Shown here: one piece after another, positions 1-8,533 of the stretch
Layout: each line of letters opens with the position of its first letter
How positions within the stretch are numbered: position 1 is the first letter of the stretch
Assembly (NCBI GenBank): GCA_964613715.1
Contig: CAZTJK010000001.1
Location: 9,990-73,989, forward strand
Direction: 5' to 3'
Length of the DNA stretch: 64,000 nt
Source: an uncultured Candidatus Saccharibacteria bacterium
GTDB lineage: Bacteria; Patescibacteriota; Minisyncoccia; Phycocordibacterales; GWA1-40-21
The notes under the pieces: generated by a model
Database searches by the model: none
Seen by the model: the letters and a program-made list of their open reading frames with translations, nothing else
What the model was told of the DNA's origin: nothing
Program-made: the position numbers and the translations under genes

Positions 1-309
1 GCAAAGGCACAGGAGTCTGGCTTTGACGGCATCATGATTGGCCGCGGTATATTCGGCAATCCGTGGCTATTCGATGAAAAAAGAAACGTGGAACCAAGCG
101 TACCGGAAAAATTGACTGTACTCTTTGAGCACGCAAAGCTTTTTGAAAAGCTGGTGCACTATCGCAACTTTGCCATCATGAAAAAGCATTTCAAGGCATA
201 CGTGTCCGGTTTTGACGGCGCAAAAGAGCTGCGTGTGAAGCTCATGGAAACGAATAATTCAAAAGAAGTGGGGAAGATCGTGAAGGAATTCCTGAAAAGC
301 TATAAATAG
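1..309 (+). CDS. tRNA-dihydrouridine synthase, C-terminal part (5' end outside window)
   Basis: DGIMIGRGIFGNPWLF and MKKHFKAY motifs typical of the Dus family. Confidence 0.85.
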   Translation, partial: AKAQESGFDGIMIGRGIFGNPWLFDEKRNVEPSVPEKLTVLFEHAKLFEKLVHYRNFAIMKKHFKAYVSGFDGAKELRVKLMETNNSKEVGKIVKEFLKSYK

Positions 310-318
310 AGAAAATAC

Positions 319-346
319 TTGACATATTTTTGAGGTATGTTAAACT
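319..346 (+). promoter_or_regulatory. sigma70-type promoter
   Basis: TTGACA (319-324), 16-nt spacer, extended -10 TGnTAAACT (341-346). Confidence 0.65.
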
Positions 347-388
347 GATTTGGTCGGAAGTTGTTCAATACAAGTTAAGGAGAAGAAC

Positions 389-469
389 ATGAGGAAAACC
401 TTCAGGACAACCCTGAAATCCCTCTCGCTCAACCTGATCGCCGACCTGGCCACCGCGCCCGCCCGTTAG
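389..469 (+). CDS. putative 26-aa peptide MRKTFRTTLKSLSLNLIADLATAPAR
   Basis: AAGGAG SD 6 nt before ATG, downstream of the promoter; below the ORF-track cutoff. Confidence 0.45.
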   Translation: MRKTFRTTLKSLSLNLIADLATAPAR

Positions 470-822
470 GGCCACCTTTCGCGGAGGCATTCGAAGTTCT
501 TTCGCAGACCAACAGAAAAATCCCGTGTCGGGAGAAAGGATAAGAAGATCACTCGGAACCTGAATGTTTGCTTGGTAGATTACTGACCACGTATTCAGGC
601 TAGTCGAATTAGTTCGAACCGCTGGTAGCATCTCTACCGTGCGCTGTATCAAGTCTTGGAGGTAAAATCCCAACGACCCACCAGCGCACATGATTTTCTT
701 GTTCTCCGAAGCGACCGAGATAAGTTAGGTGCCAACGCACCGAGTCACTAAGTGAGGTACGTCCCTCACACGGCTCATCTCGCGTCGCATTCTGGGACGG
801 CAGTAATAACTGCCGTTTTTTT
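470..822 (+). ncRNA. candidate large structured RNA, family unknown
   Basis: 15-bp helix 537-551/691-705 enclosing four hairpins; three-way junction 711-788; G-U pairs favour the + strand; ends in a terminator. Confidence 0.6.
797..822 (+). terminator. intrinsic terminator
   Basis: ACGGCAGT-AATA-ACTGCCGT followed by a T run. Confidence 0.85.
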
Positions 823-850
823 ATTGCCAAAAAATGCTAGAATGGCAGGC

Positions 851-1891
851 ATGTCAGATACCGCGCTCTACAGAAAATACCGCCCGCAAAAATTTTCAGA
901 TGTCTTCGGCCAGGATCATGTAGTAAAAGTCCTCGAGTCTTCCATCAAGCTCGACCACATCGCCCATGCATATATCTTTTCTGGTTCACGCGGTACCGGC
1001 AAGACATCCATTGCACGTATATTCGCCCGCGAGCTTGGCACCAAAGACACTGATATCCATGAGATAGATGCAGCATCGAATACCGGCGTCGATGATATCC
1101 GCGCGCTCAATGAATCCGTGAGCACCCTGCCATTCGAATCGAAATATAAGGTCTATATCCTCGACGAGGCCCACATGCTCTCGAAATCCGCCTGGAATGC
1201 GCTCCTGAAAACGCTCGAGGAGCCACCAAAGCATGTAATTTTCATCCTTGCCACGACCGAGTTCAATAAGATCCCGGAAACCGTCGTCTCGCGCTGCCAG
1301 ACATTTTCCTTCAAGAAGCCGTCGCAAAAAATCTTGAAAGAAGTGATCGCGGCGATCGCGAAGAAGGAGAAATTCACCCTCGCACCCGCATCGCTCGAGC
1401 TTGTCGCTCTGCTTGGCGATGGCTCGTTCCGCGATGCGCAGAGCATCCTCCAGAAAGTGATGAGCGCCTCAAAAGATAACAAGATTACTCATGAGGAGGT
1501 GGAGCTCGTCACCGGCGCGCCGAAAGCAAGCCTGGTGAATGACTTTATCCACGCCATAGATGAAGGCAATCTCTCGCTCGGCCTTGGTGCAGTGGGGCAG
1601 GCAAGCGAAGCGAATATCGACATGCTTCTTTACTTCAGGTTGATTCTCGCAAAGATGCGCTCAATATTGCTTTTACGAACACTCAAAGGCTCGGAAGAGA
1701 AGCTTGCCGAGGAAATGACCGATACAGATTTTGCATTCATCAAAGCCCTGTCAGAAAAGAAAGACTCGAAAATAAATTCAGATACATTGCTCACCCTGCT
1801 GTCGTATTATGATATGGTGGCAAAAGCCGCCATCGCCGAGCTGCCGCTCGAGCTTGCACTTGCAAAACTTATCCCTGCAAAACAAGGATAA
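851..1891 (+). CDS. dnaX: DNA polymerase III subunit gamma/tau (short form)
   Basis: LYRKYRP, GSRGTGKTS, EIDAAS, DEAHML, SRC motifs; start chosen at ATG 851 after TAGAAT. Confidence 0.95.
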   Translation: MSDTALYRKYRPQKFSDVFGQDHVVKVLESSIKLDHIAHAYIFSGSRGTGKTSIARIFARELGTKDTDIHEIDAASNTGVDDIRALNESVSTLPFESKYKVYILDEAHMLSKSAWNALLKTLEEPPKHVIFILATTEFNKIPETVVSRCQTFSFKKPSQKILKEVIAAIAKKEKFTLAPASLELVALLGDGSFRDAQSILQKVMSASKDNKITHEEVELVTGAPKASLVNDFIHAIDEGNLSLGLGAVGQASEANIDMLLYFRLILAKMRSILLLRTLKGSEEKLAEEMTDTDFAFIKALSEKKDSKINSDTLLTLLSYYDMVAKAAIAELPLELALAKLIPAKQG

Positions 1892-1940
1892 GTTGAAAAA
1901 ACACTTTTTTTCGCGTATTCTTGAGGAGTTTTATCGATAT

Positions 1941-2011
1941 TGGGGGATCGTCTAATGGTAGGACACGGCCCTTTGAAGGCTGTTATCTTGGTTCGAATCC
2001 AAGTCCCCCAG
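1941..2011 (+). tRNA. tRNA-Gln(TTG), CCA not encoded
   Basis: cloverleaf: TGGGGGA/TCCCCCA acceptor, CGGCC-CTTTGAA-GGCTG anticodon arm, TTCGAAT T-loop; promoter TTGAAA-17-TATTCT at 1893-1921. Confidence 0.95.
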
Positions 2012-2021
2012 CAAAAAATCT

Positions 2022-2459
2022 ATGTCTGAACCGAAAACAAAAGTGAATACGGCGAGCGTCGAGAAATTTTTGAATGGGATCAAAGATCGAGAGAAGCGCG
2101 AAGATTGTTTATCAATCTCTCATATGATGGAAAAAGCGACAAGATCAAAGCCTGAAATGTGGGGCGCATCGATCGTCGGATTTGGCCGCAGAAAATATAC
2201 ATATGCAAATGGTAAAGAAGGGGAATGGATGATGATCGGTTTTTCCCCACGCAAGCAGAATATCACCCTCTACGGCTTGAAGATTTTCAAAATGACACAC
2301 GGCAAATTAAAAGAAAACAAGAAAGAGAATGCTTTTCTTGTACCATTGGGCAAATACAAAGAGAGCGGAGGCTGCATTTACATTAATAAACTTTCTGATG
2401 TTAATACAAAAGAACTTGAAAAAATCATTAGACTTGCGGTACAACGCAAGAAGAAATAA
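2022..2459 (+). CDS. DUF1801 (YdhG-like) protein
   Basis: MWGASIVGFG, GFSPRKQNITLY, GCIYINKLSDV motifs. Confidence 0.75.
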   Translation: MSEPKTKVNTASVEKFLNGIKDREKREDCLSISHMMEKATRSKPEMWGASIVGFGRRKYTYANGKEGEWMMIGFSPRKQNITLYGLKIFKMTHGKLKENKKENAFLVPLGKYKESGGCIYINKLSDVNTKELEKIIRLAVQRKKK

Positions 2460-2518
2460 GAGTTTGCCATTCGCGCCAGATCGTCAGTAAAAATTGATCG
2501 GTGTGGTACTATAGAAGT

Positions 2519-3121
2519 ATGAGAAAAATAGTTGTTTTTATGATGATGAGCCTCGATGGTGTCATGCAAGCGCCCGGTGCTCCGAAAGAAGATACTGCAG
2601 GAGGCTTTCAATTCGGAGGCTGGACTGCTCCCTTTGCAGACAAATCTTTCAGTGCAATCATCAATAAAGAGCTAGGTGTCCCATTTGATTTACTGCTCGG
2701 CAGGAAAACCTACGATATATGGAATGCATACTGGCCACAGCAGAAAGGCCCGATTGCCGACCCATTTAATAGAGCGAAGAAATATGTCGTATCGAGCAGC
2801 GGCACAGGCCTTACTTGGAAAAAATCGATTCTCATCGCAGGAGATGTTGCAGCAAAAATCAAAGCATTGAAAAAAGAGAGCGGTCCGGTGCTCCATGTAT
2901 GGGGCAGCAGCGTCCTGATCCAAACGCTCCTGAAGGAAGACCTGATCGATGAGTTGCGCCTCAGAATATACCCGGTTACGCTTGGCAGCGGAAAACGTTT
3001 ATTCGGGGAGGGGACAATTCCTGCCGCATATACATTGATAGATTCCCAAACACTGCAAAGCGGCGTCATACTGGCAAACTATGCAAGAGCCGGCAGCGTA
3101 CAGACAGGGTCAATGGTGTAG
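2519..3121 (+). CDS. dihydrofolate reductase-like (RibD C-terminal) protein
   Basis: MSLDGVMQAPG, LLGRKTY, LIDELRL, LGSGKRLF. Confidence 0.85.
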   Translation: MRKIVVFMMMSLDGVMQAPGAPKEDTAGGFQFGGWTAPFADKSFSAIINKELGVPFDLLLGRKTYDIWNAYWPQQKGPIADPFNRAKKYVVSSSGTGLTWKKSILIAGDVAAKIKALKKESGPVLHVWGSSVLIQTLLKEDLIDELRLRIYPVTLGSGKRLFGEGTIPAAYTLIDSQTLQSGVILANYARAGSVQTGSMV

Positions 3122-3162
3122 AGTAATCGTTATTACATAGTTTCATTTGCTATACTAAACCC

Positions 3163-3375
3163 ATGCAAAAACTAGCCACAAAAATATTCGTCTATTCATC
3201 GATTGTTTTCGGGATTATCGGGATGGCAGTAGTGCTGACATTGCCGAGCACTCAAGGGACGCAAACTTCAGATCTGCATATCGCCTTGATGAAGCTTTTG
3301 TTTGCGACAGTCTTCATCATATTGCCTTCATTCGCACTGAGTATTGCTGGTAAATATTTGAATAACAATCATTAG
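3163..3375 (+). CDS. small two-TM membrane protein
   Basis: two hydrophobic segments; TATACT 6 nt upstream of ATG. Confidence 0.65.
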   Translation: MQKLATKIFVYSSIVFGIIGMAVVLTLPSTQGTQTSDLHIALMKLLFATVFIILPSFALSIAGKYLNNNH

Positions 3376-3381
3376 GTTGGC

Positions 3382-3615
3382 ATGCCGCACGCAATCCCGG
3401 CAGATTTGAAAAAAGCTCTTGCTATCGACAAGGCTGCACAAACGGCATGGAAAAGTATCACCCCGCTTGCGCGCAATGAATGGATTTGCTGGACTGTTTC
3501 CGTCAAAAAGCCGGAAACGAGGCGCGACCATGTGCGGCGCGTCTGTTCAGAATTAAAAGAGGGGATGCGCCGGCCATGCTGCTGGGCTGGTTGCCCGCAC
3601 CGGAGAAAGGGTTAA
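3382..3615 (+). CDS. YdeI/OmpD-associated family protein
   Basis: PADLKKAL, LARNEWICW, KKPETR and RPCCWAGCPHR tail. Confidence 0.75.
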   Translation: MPHAIPADLKKALAIDKAAQTAWKSITPLARNEWICWTVSVKKPETRRDHVRRVCSELKEGMRRPCCWAGCPHRRKG

Positions 3616-3624
3616 AATATTCAT

Positions 3625-4227
3625 ATGGCACAATACACATGCCCAATGCATCCAGAAATATTGAGCGACAAGCCTGGCCGCTGCCCGAAATGCGGCATGG
3701 CGCTTGTACTGAAAGAGGATAAAAAACCTGCAGTACAGGCCAATGACCGCGGTCTCGGCATAATCACCTGGAAAAGCTATGTTCCGCTCATAGTCATTAT
3801 CGGGATTATCATGACTGCTTCAGCAATCACTTCGTCTTCACTCCCAGCCTTTCTGCTCTCATTCATGACAGGTTTCTTCATCGTCTTTTCAGGATTCAAG
3901 CTGATGGATCTGAGAGGCTTTGCAGAAGGGTATTCGACCTATGATCTGTTGGCTCAGAAATGGTTCGGATACGGCTATTGCTATCCCTTCATTGAGCTTG
4001 CGTTTGGTCTTCTTATGCTTGCTGGCTATCATCCGATCTGGCTCTTGTGGACAGAATTTGCCGTGATGACATTCAGTGGGATCGGCGTTGCGATCAAACT
4101 TGCAAAGCGAGAACCCTTCATGTGCGCATGCCTCGGCACATTTTTGAAAGTACCGCTCACCTCTATCACGCTTATGGAAGATTTTGGCATGGCTGTTTTA
4201 GCGCTCGTACTTATCTTTTTAAGATAA
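3625..4227 (+). CDS. heavy-metal-binding domain fused to MauE/DoxX-like membrane domain
   Basis: YTCPMHP..PGRCPKCGM N-terminus; TM helices with CACLG. Confidence 0.75.
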   Translation: MAQYTCPMHPEILSDKPGRCPKCGMALVLKEDKKPAVQANDRGLGIITWKSYVPLIVIIGIIMTASAITSSSLPAFLLSFMTGFFIVFSGFKLMDLRGFAEGYSTYDLLAQKWFGYGYCYPFIELAFGLLMLAGYHPIWLLWTEFAVMTFSGIGVAIKLAKREPFMCACLGTFLKVPLTSITLMEDFGMAVLALVLIFLR

Positions 4228-4253
4228 GAAATTTAGATTAGTTCAGGCAATCA

Positions 4254-4380
4254 TTGACAAAATACGAATTTTTCTATATGATGGGTGTGTTAGGTATTTC
4301 TCCTTGGTTTTTGGACGCTATCGAAACTGAAGAGATCGCTCATCGCCCTATACTTTTATTTTAAATGAGCCAGTTTCATT
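4254..4380 (+). promoter_or_regulatory. promoter and structured 5' leader of the DEAD-box helicase
   Basis: TTGACA-17-TATGAT; stems 4323-4329/4371-4377 and 4338-4343/4365-4370 abut the ATG. Confidence 0.6.
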
Positions 4381-5607
4381 ATGTATCATTCGCATAGCAA
4401 TAATTTTCATGGGCGGCCGTTTCGTGCTGCCAAGCCAGGCTTCAAGCGGAGTTTCGGCCATAGACGCGGGGGCAGTACTAAAAGCCGTTTTGCAGACAAG
4501 GCATTTTCTGATATCTCGAAATTCGTGAATAAGGTTTCCGTCACTGAAGAGGCGGACGTATTTACACCTGAACATCTGTTCAGTGATTTTGCCGTTGTGG
4601 AGAAGCTCAAGCAGAATATCGTCGCCAAGGGATATGTCACACCGACGCCGATCCAGGACAAAGCCATTCCGCATATCCTGAAAAGCCAGGATGTCGTCGG
4701 CATTGCAAATACCGGCACCGGCAAGACAGCCGCATTCCTGATCCCGCTCATCGACAAGGTGCTGCGCGACCCGAAGCAAAATATCCTAATCATGGTCCCA
4801 ACGCGCGAGCTCGCCGGACAGATTCGCGATGAACTGTCTGCCTTTACCCGCGGCATGGGTATTTGGTCAGTAGTCTGCGTCGGCGGCACATCGATCGTGC
4901 CGCAGATTCGCGCGCTTCGCCATAAGAATAATTTCATCATTGGCACGCCAGGCCGCCTCAAGGACCTCGTCGAGCACAAGAATCTTCGCCTCAATGAATT
5001 TGGCACGATCGTGCTCGATGAAGCTGATCGCATGCTTGATATGGGCTTTATCAATGACGTGAAATCCATGATGGCTCAAATGCCGACGGAGCGCCATACG
5101 CTTTTCTTTTCAGCGACGACCACTCCGGAAATCAATGGCCTGATCGCAAAATTCCTCAAGAATCCGGTAACAGTTTCGGTGAAGACCCGTGATACCTCGA
5201 AATCTATCGACCAGGATGTCGTGAGAGTCAGCCGCGCTGAAGACAAGATACACAAGCTCGCCGAGCTCTTGCGCACGGATGGCTTTTCGAAAGTACTCGT
5301 ATTCGGCAAGACAAAGCATGGCGCGGAAAAGCTCGCGGATGCCCTGAATGCGATGGGTCTTGCCGCTGAATCGATTCATGGCAATAAGAATTTCAACAAG
5401 CGCCAACAGGCTCTCGGAAAATTCAAGGATAACAAGGTCAAAGTGCTCGTAGCGACCGATGTGGCTGCGCGCGGCCTCGATATCGCAGACGTCTCCCATG
5501 TCATCAACTATGACTTGCCAGCAACCTATGAAGACTATATCCACCGCATCGGCCGAACAGGCCGCGGCGGCAAGAAAGGGAAGGCGCTGACATTTATTCA
5601 AGGGTAA
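4381..5607 (+). CDS. DEAD-box RNA helicase
   Basis: PTPIQ, GTGKT, PTRELA, DEAD, SAT, HRIGRTGR. Confidence 0.95.
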   Translation: MYHSHSNNFHGRPFRAAKPGFKRSFGHRRGGSTKSRFADKAFSDISKFVNKVSVTEEADVFTPEHLFSDFAVVEKLKQNIVAKGYVTPTPIQDKAIPHILKSQDVVGIANTGTGKTAAFLIPLIDKVLRDPKQNILIMVPTRELAGQIRDELSAFTRGMGIWSVVCVGGTSIVPQIRALRHKNNFIIGTPGRLKDLVEHKNLRLNEFGTIVLDEADRMLDMGFINDVKSMMAQMPTERHTLFFSATTTPEINGLIAKFLKNPVTVSVKTRDTSKSIDQDVVRVSRAEDKIHKLAELLRTDGFSKVLVFGKTKHGAEKLADALNAMGLAAESIHGNKNFNKRQQALGKFKDNKVKVLVATDVAARGLDIADVSHVINYDLPATYEDYIHRIGRTGRGGKKGKALTFIQG

Positions 5608-5613
5608 AAAAAT

Positions 5614-5642
5614 AAAAAGAACGGTTCTACCGTTCTTTTTTT
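5614..5642 (+). terminator. intrinsic terminator
   Basis: AAAAAGAACGGT-TCT-ACCGTTCTTTTTTT. Confidence 0.8.
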
Positions 5643-5659
5643 ATTGCTATACTATCTGC

Positions 5660-6967
5660 ATGCAAAAACAAAATTCCGGCTTCGTGCTGCCATTTATCGT
5701 CCTTCTGCTCGCGATCGTAAGTGGCGGCGTGTATTACTATCTACGCACCCAGGATATCGCACAGCAAAGCGTTCGCGTGGAGGAAAGCCTCGGTGTGCAA
5801 GATAACGCTGGAAATAATCCGGGACAAAATCCTTTGAATACAAATACTGAGCCTGCTTCGGAGAATCAGCCGGCGCAATCAAGCAATACTTCATCGCAGG
5901 CTTCTGCCTACGGCCCAGTCCTTTCTGAAAATGATCTGCTTGCTCTTGCTGATGACAAATACTCGTCCGGATTAGTGCCGCTCGGCGATTATAAATATGT
6001 GACGAGCGGCCCGAAGAAAGGATATATCTATCTCTGCAATGTGCGGAAAGACAATCCGGGTTCAGCCGTAAACGGCCCGTGGATGCATGGCACGGCATGG
6101 AATTTCCTCGAAAAGATATCAATACAAGGATCTGTCAGCTGGCCGAATGCTATTTTCTCGAATGTGATTTCTGGCATCATGCGCCTCTTGAAAGGCAATG
6201 ACTTGCCGATAAGCCACAATACCGGCACTTTCCCGGTACAATCGAGCGATCCTGCGCATGCATATGATGCGAATCCGAACAACATTTCCGCGCAATCATA
6301 TTCGCTTTCTATTCCTGCAAATCCGACGTATTCGGCGACGCCCTACTGCATGGGCATGGAAGTCGGCGTGATGCTTTCCGGCGTGCCGATATTCAATGGT
6401 TTCGATGCGGGACTTCGCGATGCACAAGCGCATGAGCTGCAGGATTCCTGCGAAGGGCATCCGCAAGGCGACGGCGAATACCATTATCACGGCCTTTCAA
6501 GCTGCATGAAGGATACAAGCGAGGCGACCGTGCTCGGTTATGCATTCGATGGCTTTCCGATCACCGGCCCGAAAGTAGCGGACAAGAAATATCTGACGAC
6601 CGAAGACCTTGATGAATGCCATGGCATTACGAGCGAGATCATTATGGACGGTAAGAAAAAAGTTACTTATCACTATGTCATGACGCAGGATTTCCCATAT
6701 TCAGCAAGCTGTTTCCGTGGAAAAGCAGTCGTGATGAAGCTTGATACTGGGACGACAGGCGGAACCCAAAGCGGTCAAAGCAGTGGCATGCAAACCCAGA
6801 ACCAAGTGCAGGGAAGCGGCGATCATGCGAGCCCACCACAACAAGCTATCGATGCTTGTTCCGGCAAGTACAGCGGTGCAAGTTGTTCGTTCAGCACGCC
6901 AAACGGTACAATATCAGGTTCCTGCGATACCCCGCCAGGCTCATCGCTTGCTTGTATTCCGCAATAA
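5660..6967 (+). CDS. secreted/anchored YHYH-domain protein
   Basis: N-terminal TM; DSCEGHP..YHYH, GYAFDGFPI, LDECHG..YHY; Cys-rich tail. Confidence 0.8.
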   Translation: MQKQNSGFVLPFIVLLLAIVSGGVYYYLRTQDIAQQSVRVEESLGVQDNAGNNPGQNPLNTNTEPASENQPAQSSNTSSQASAYGPVLSENDLLALADDKYSSGLVPLGDYKYVTSGPKKGYIYLCNVRKDNPGSAVNGPWMHGTAWNFLEKISIQGSVSWPNAIFSNVISGIMRLLKGNDLPISHNTGTFPVQSSDPAHAYDANPNNISAQSYSLSIPANPTYSATPYCMGMEVGVMLSGVPIFNGFDAGLRDAQAHELQDSCEGHPQGDGEYHYHGLSSCMKDTSEATVLGYAFDGFPITGPKVADKKYLTTEDLDECHGITSEIIMDGKKKVTYHYVMTQDFPYSASCFRGKAVVMKLDTGTTGGTQSGQSSGMQTQNQVQGSGDHASPPQQAIDACSGKYSGASCSFSTPNGTISGSCDTPPGSSLACIPQ

Positions 6968-7037
6968 ATATTGTTTGGAAAAAGAAATAGTTCTTTGTCA
7001 ATTGTGCACTAAGCCTATCAAGGAGTAAAATGAACTA

Positions 7038-7655
7038 ATGACATACGACACACTCGCAACAGAAATAAGCATTAACAAAGCTGTGGGGGCACTGGCAGCG
7101 AAAAATTTTCATCCGCTTGTCGTCGCAAGCGGCGCTGAAGCCCTCGCAGAAATCAAGAAACTGATTCCATCAGGAAAATCAGTCATGAACGGAGCTTCGG
7201 TTACTCTCGAAGAGATTGGCTTTTTCGATTATTTGAAGACTGGAACACATGGTTGGAAGAACATGCATGCCCTGATCACCGCTGAACCCGATGCAGTCAA
7301 GCGCATGGAGCTGCGCAAGCAGGGAATTACCTCGGATTTTTATCTGGGTAGCGCCCATGCACTCACGGAAGCAGGTGATCTTGTCTTTGCATCAAATACT
7401 GGCAGCCAGCTGCCGCATCTGGCATTCACTTCGCCGAATATCATTCTGGTGGTCAGCACGCAAAAAATCGTGCCAGATCTCGACGAAGCCATGAAGCGCA
7501 TCCGGGAGCATATCATCCCGCTCGAGGATGAGCGCATGATGCATGCGTACAAAGCGCATACCGCGCAAAATAAAACCTTGATCCTTCATGGCGAAAGCCC
7601 GATCATGGGCAGAACGATCCATGTTATCATCGTCAAGGAAAAGCTTGGCTTCTAA
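7038..7655 (+). CDS. LUD-domain (LutC/YkgG-like) protein
   Basis: GASVTLEEIG, SAHALTEAG, VVSTQKIVPDL, EKLGF end. Confidence 0.75.
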   Translation: MTYDTLATEISINKAVGALAAKNFHPLVVASGAEALAEIKKLIPSGKSVMNGASVTLEEIGFFDYLKTGTHGWKNMHALITAEPDAVKRMELRKQGITSDFYLGSAHALTEAGDLVFASNTGSQLPHLAFTSPNIILVVSTQKIVPDLDEAMKRIREHIIPLEDERMMHAYKAHTAQNKTLILHGESPIMGRTIHVIIVKEKLGF

Positions 7656-7656
7656 C

Positions 7657-7911
7657 ATGACTGAATTCCAAAAACGCATTTATGCTATCGTGCGGAAAAT
7701 TCCAAAAGGTTCGGTATTGACCTACAAGCAAGTCGCAAAAAAAGCTGGCAGCCCGAATGCATTCCGTGCTGTCGGCACTTTACTGTCAAAAAATTTCAAC
7801 CCGCGTATTCCATGCCATCGGGTGATCCGCTCGGATGGAAATATAGGAGCATACAATCGCGGCACTCGAAATAAGATAAAAATCCTGCGACAGGAAGGCG
7901 CGATCGCTTGA
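7657..7911 (+). CDS. single-domain O6-methylguanine-DNA methyltransferase family protein
   Basis: IPKGSVLTY, AFRAVG, IPCHRVI. Confidence 0.85.
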   Translation: MTEFQKRIYAIVRKIPKGSVLTYKQVAKKAGSPNAFRAVGTLLSKNFNPRIPCHRVIRSDGNIGAYNRGTRNKIKILRQEGAIA

Positions 7912-7933
7912 AATCTGGCCCTAATATGCTACT

Positions 7934-8497
7934 ATGCTTTTTCTTTTGAAATCGCATATGCATAAATCCTTATTTCACAATATCAAGCAAGATCGCGCGC
8001 CGGACATGCTCTCCCTTATCGTCGAGATCAGCGAAGGCGATTACAATAAATACGAATACGATCATGCGCTCGGCGTGCTTGCGCTCAACCGCGTACTCTA
8101 TGGCCCGCTCTTTTATCCAGTTAATTATTGCGATGTACCAGGTACTTGGAACGAGCATGATAATGACCCGCTCGATGCGATCCTTTTTTCTTCGCGGCCG
8201 ATCATTCCGGGTGCACTCGTCCATGGCCGCGTGATCGGCGCGCTTGAGATGGTAGACAATGGCAAGATCGACCACAAGATTGTCTGCGTCAATGCGAAAG
8301 ATCCGCGCTTCGAATATGTGAAGTCGATTGACGATCTGACTCCGTACCAGAAAAAAGACGTTACGACCTTCTTCGAGCTCTACAAAATTCCGGAAACCGG
8401 CGCAGATTCGGTGAAAATCGGGAAATACATGAATGCGAAGCAGGCTGGCGCTTTCATTACTCTATGTATCAAGGCCTACGAGAAAAAATTCTCCTAG
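7934..8497 (+). CDS. ppa: inorganic pyrophosphatase (family I); start uncertain
   Basis: NKYEYD, YPVNY, DNDPLD, DHKIV, FFELYK. Confidence 0.85.
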   Translation: MLFLLKSHMHKSLFHNIKQDRAPDMLSLIVEISEGDYNKYEYDHALGVLALNRVLYGPLFYPVNYCDVPGTWNEHDNDPLDAILFSSRPIIPGALVHGRVIGALEMVDNGKIDHKIVCVNAKDPRFEYVKSIDDLTPYQKKDVTTFFELYKIPETGADSVKIGKYMNAKQAGAFITLCIKAYEKKFS

Positions 8498-8533
8498 CTT
8501 GTCTTTCAGGAAAGCGCCATTTATAATAGGCGC

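Noticed and set aside
465-475. GTTAGGGCCAC resembling the pistol ribozyme 5' part
   Set aside because: The P1 partner and the downstream pseudoknot strand are absent.
718-776. Group II intron domain V/VI look-alike on the - strand (GAGCCGTGTGAGG...CCTCAC)
   Set aside because: The lower stem has a C-A mismatch on that strand, there is no proper domain VI or RT ORF, and G-U pairs, promoter and terminator all favour the + strand.
390-790. RNase P RNA, SRP RNA or tmRNA identity for the structured region (fragments GAGGAAAACC, CCAACAGAAAA, CGGCTCAT; position upstream of dnaX as for B. subtilis scr)
   Set aside because: No GAGGAAAGUCC/P4 pairing, no SRP domain IV motif and no tRNA-like ends. A highly divergent version cannot be excluded without cmscan.
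365-830. ORF-track ORFs 365-691(-), 609-830(-) and the 752 upstream extension of dnaX
   Set aside because: No recognisable protein features; they overlap the structured RNA and terminator, and dnaX fits ATG 851.
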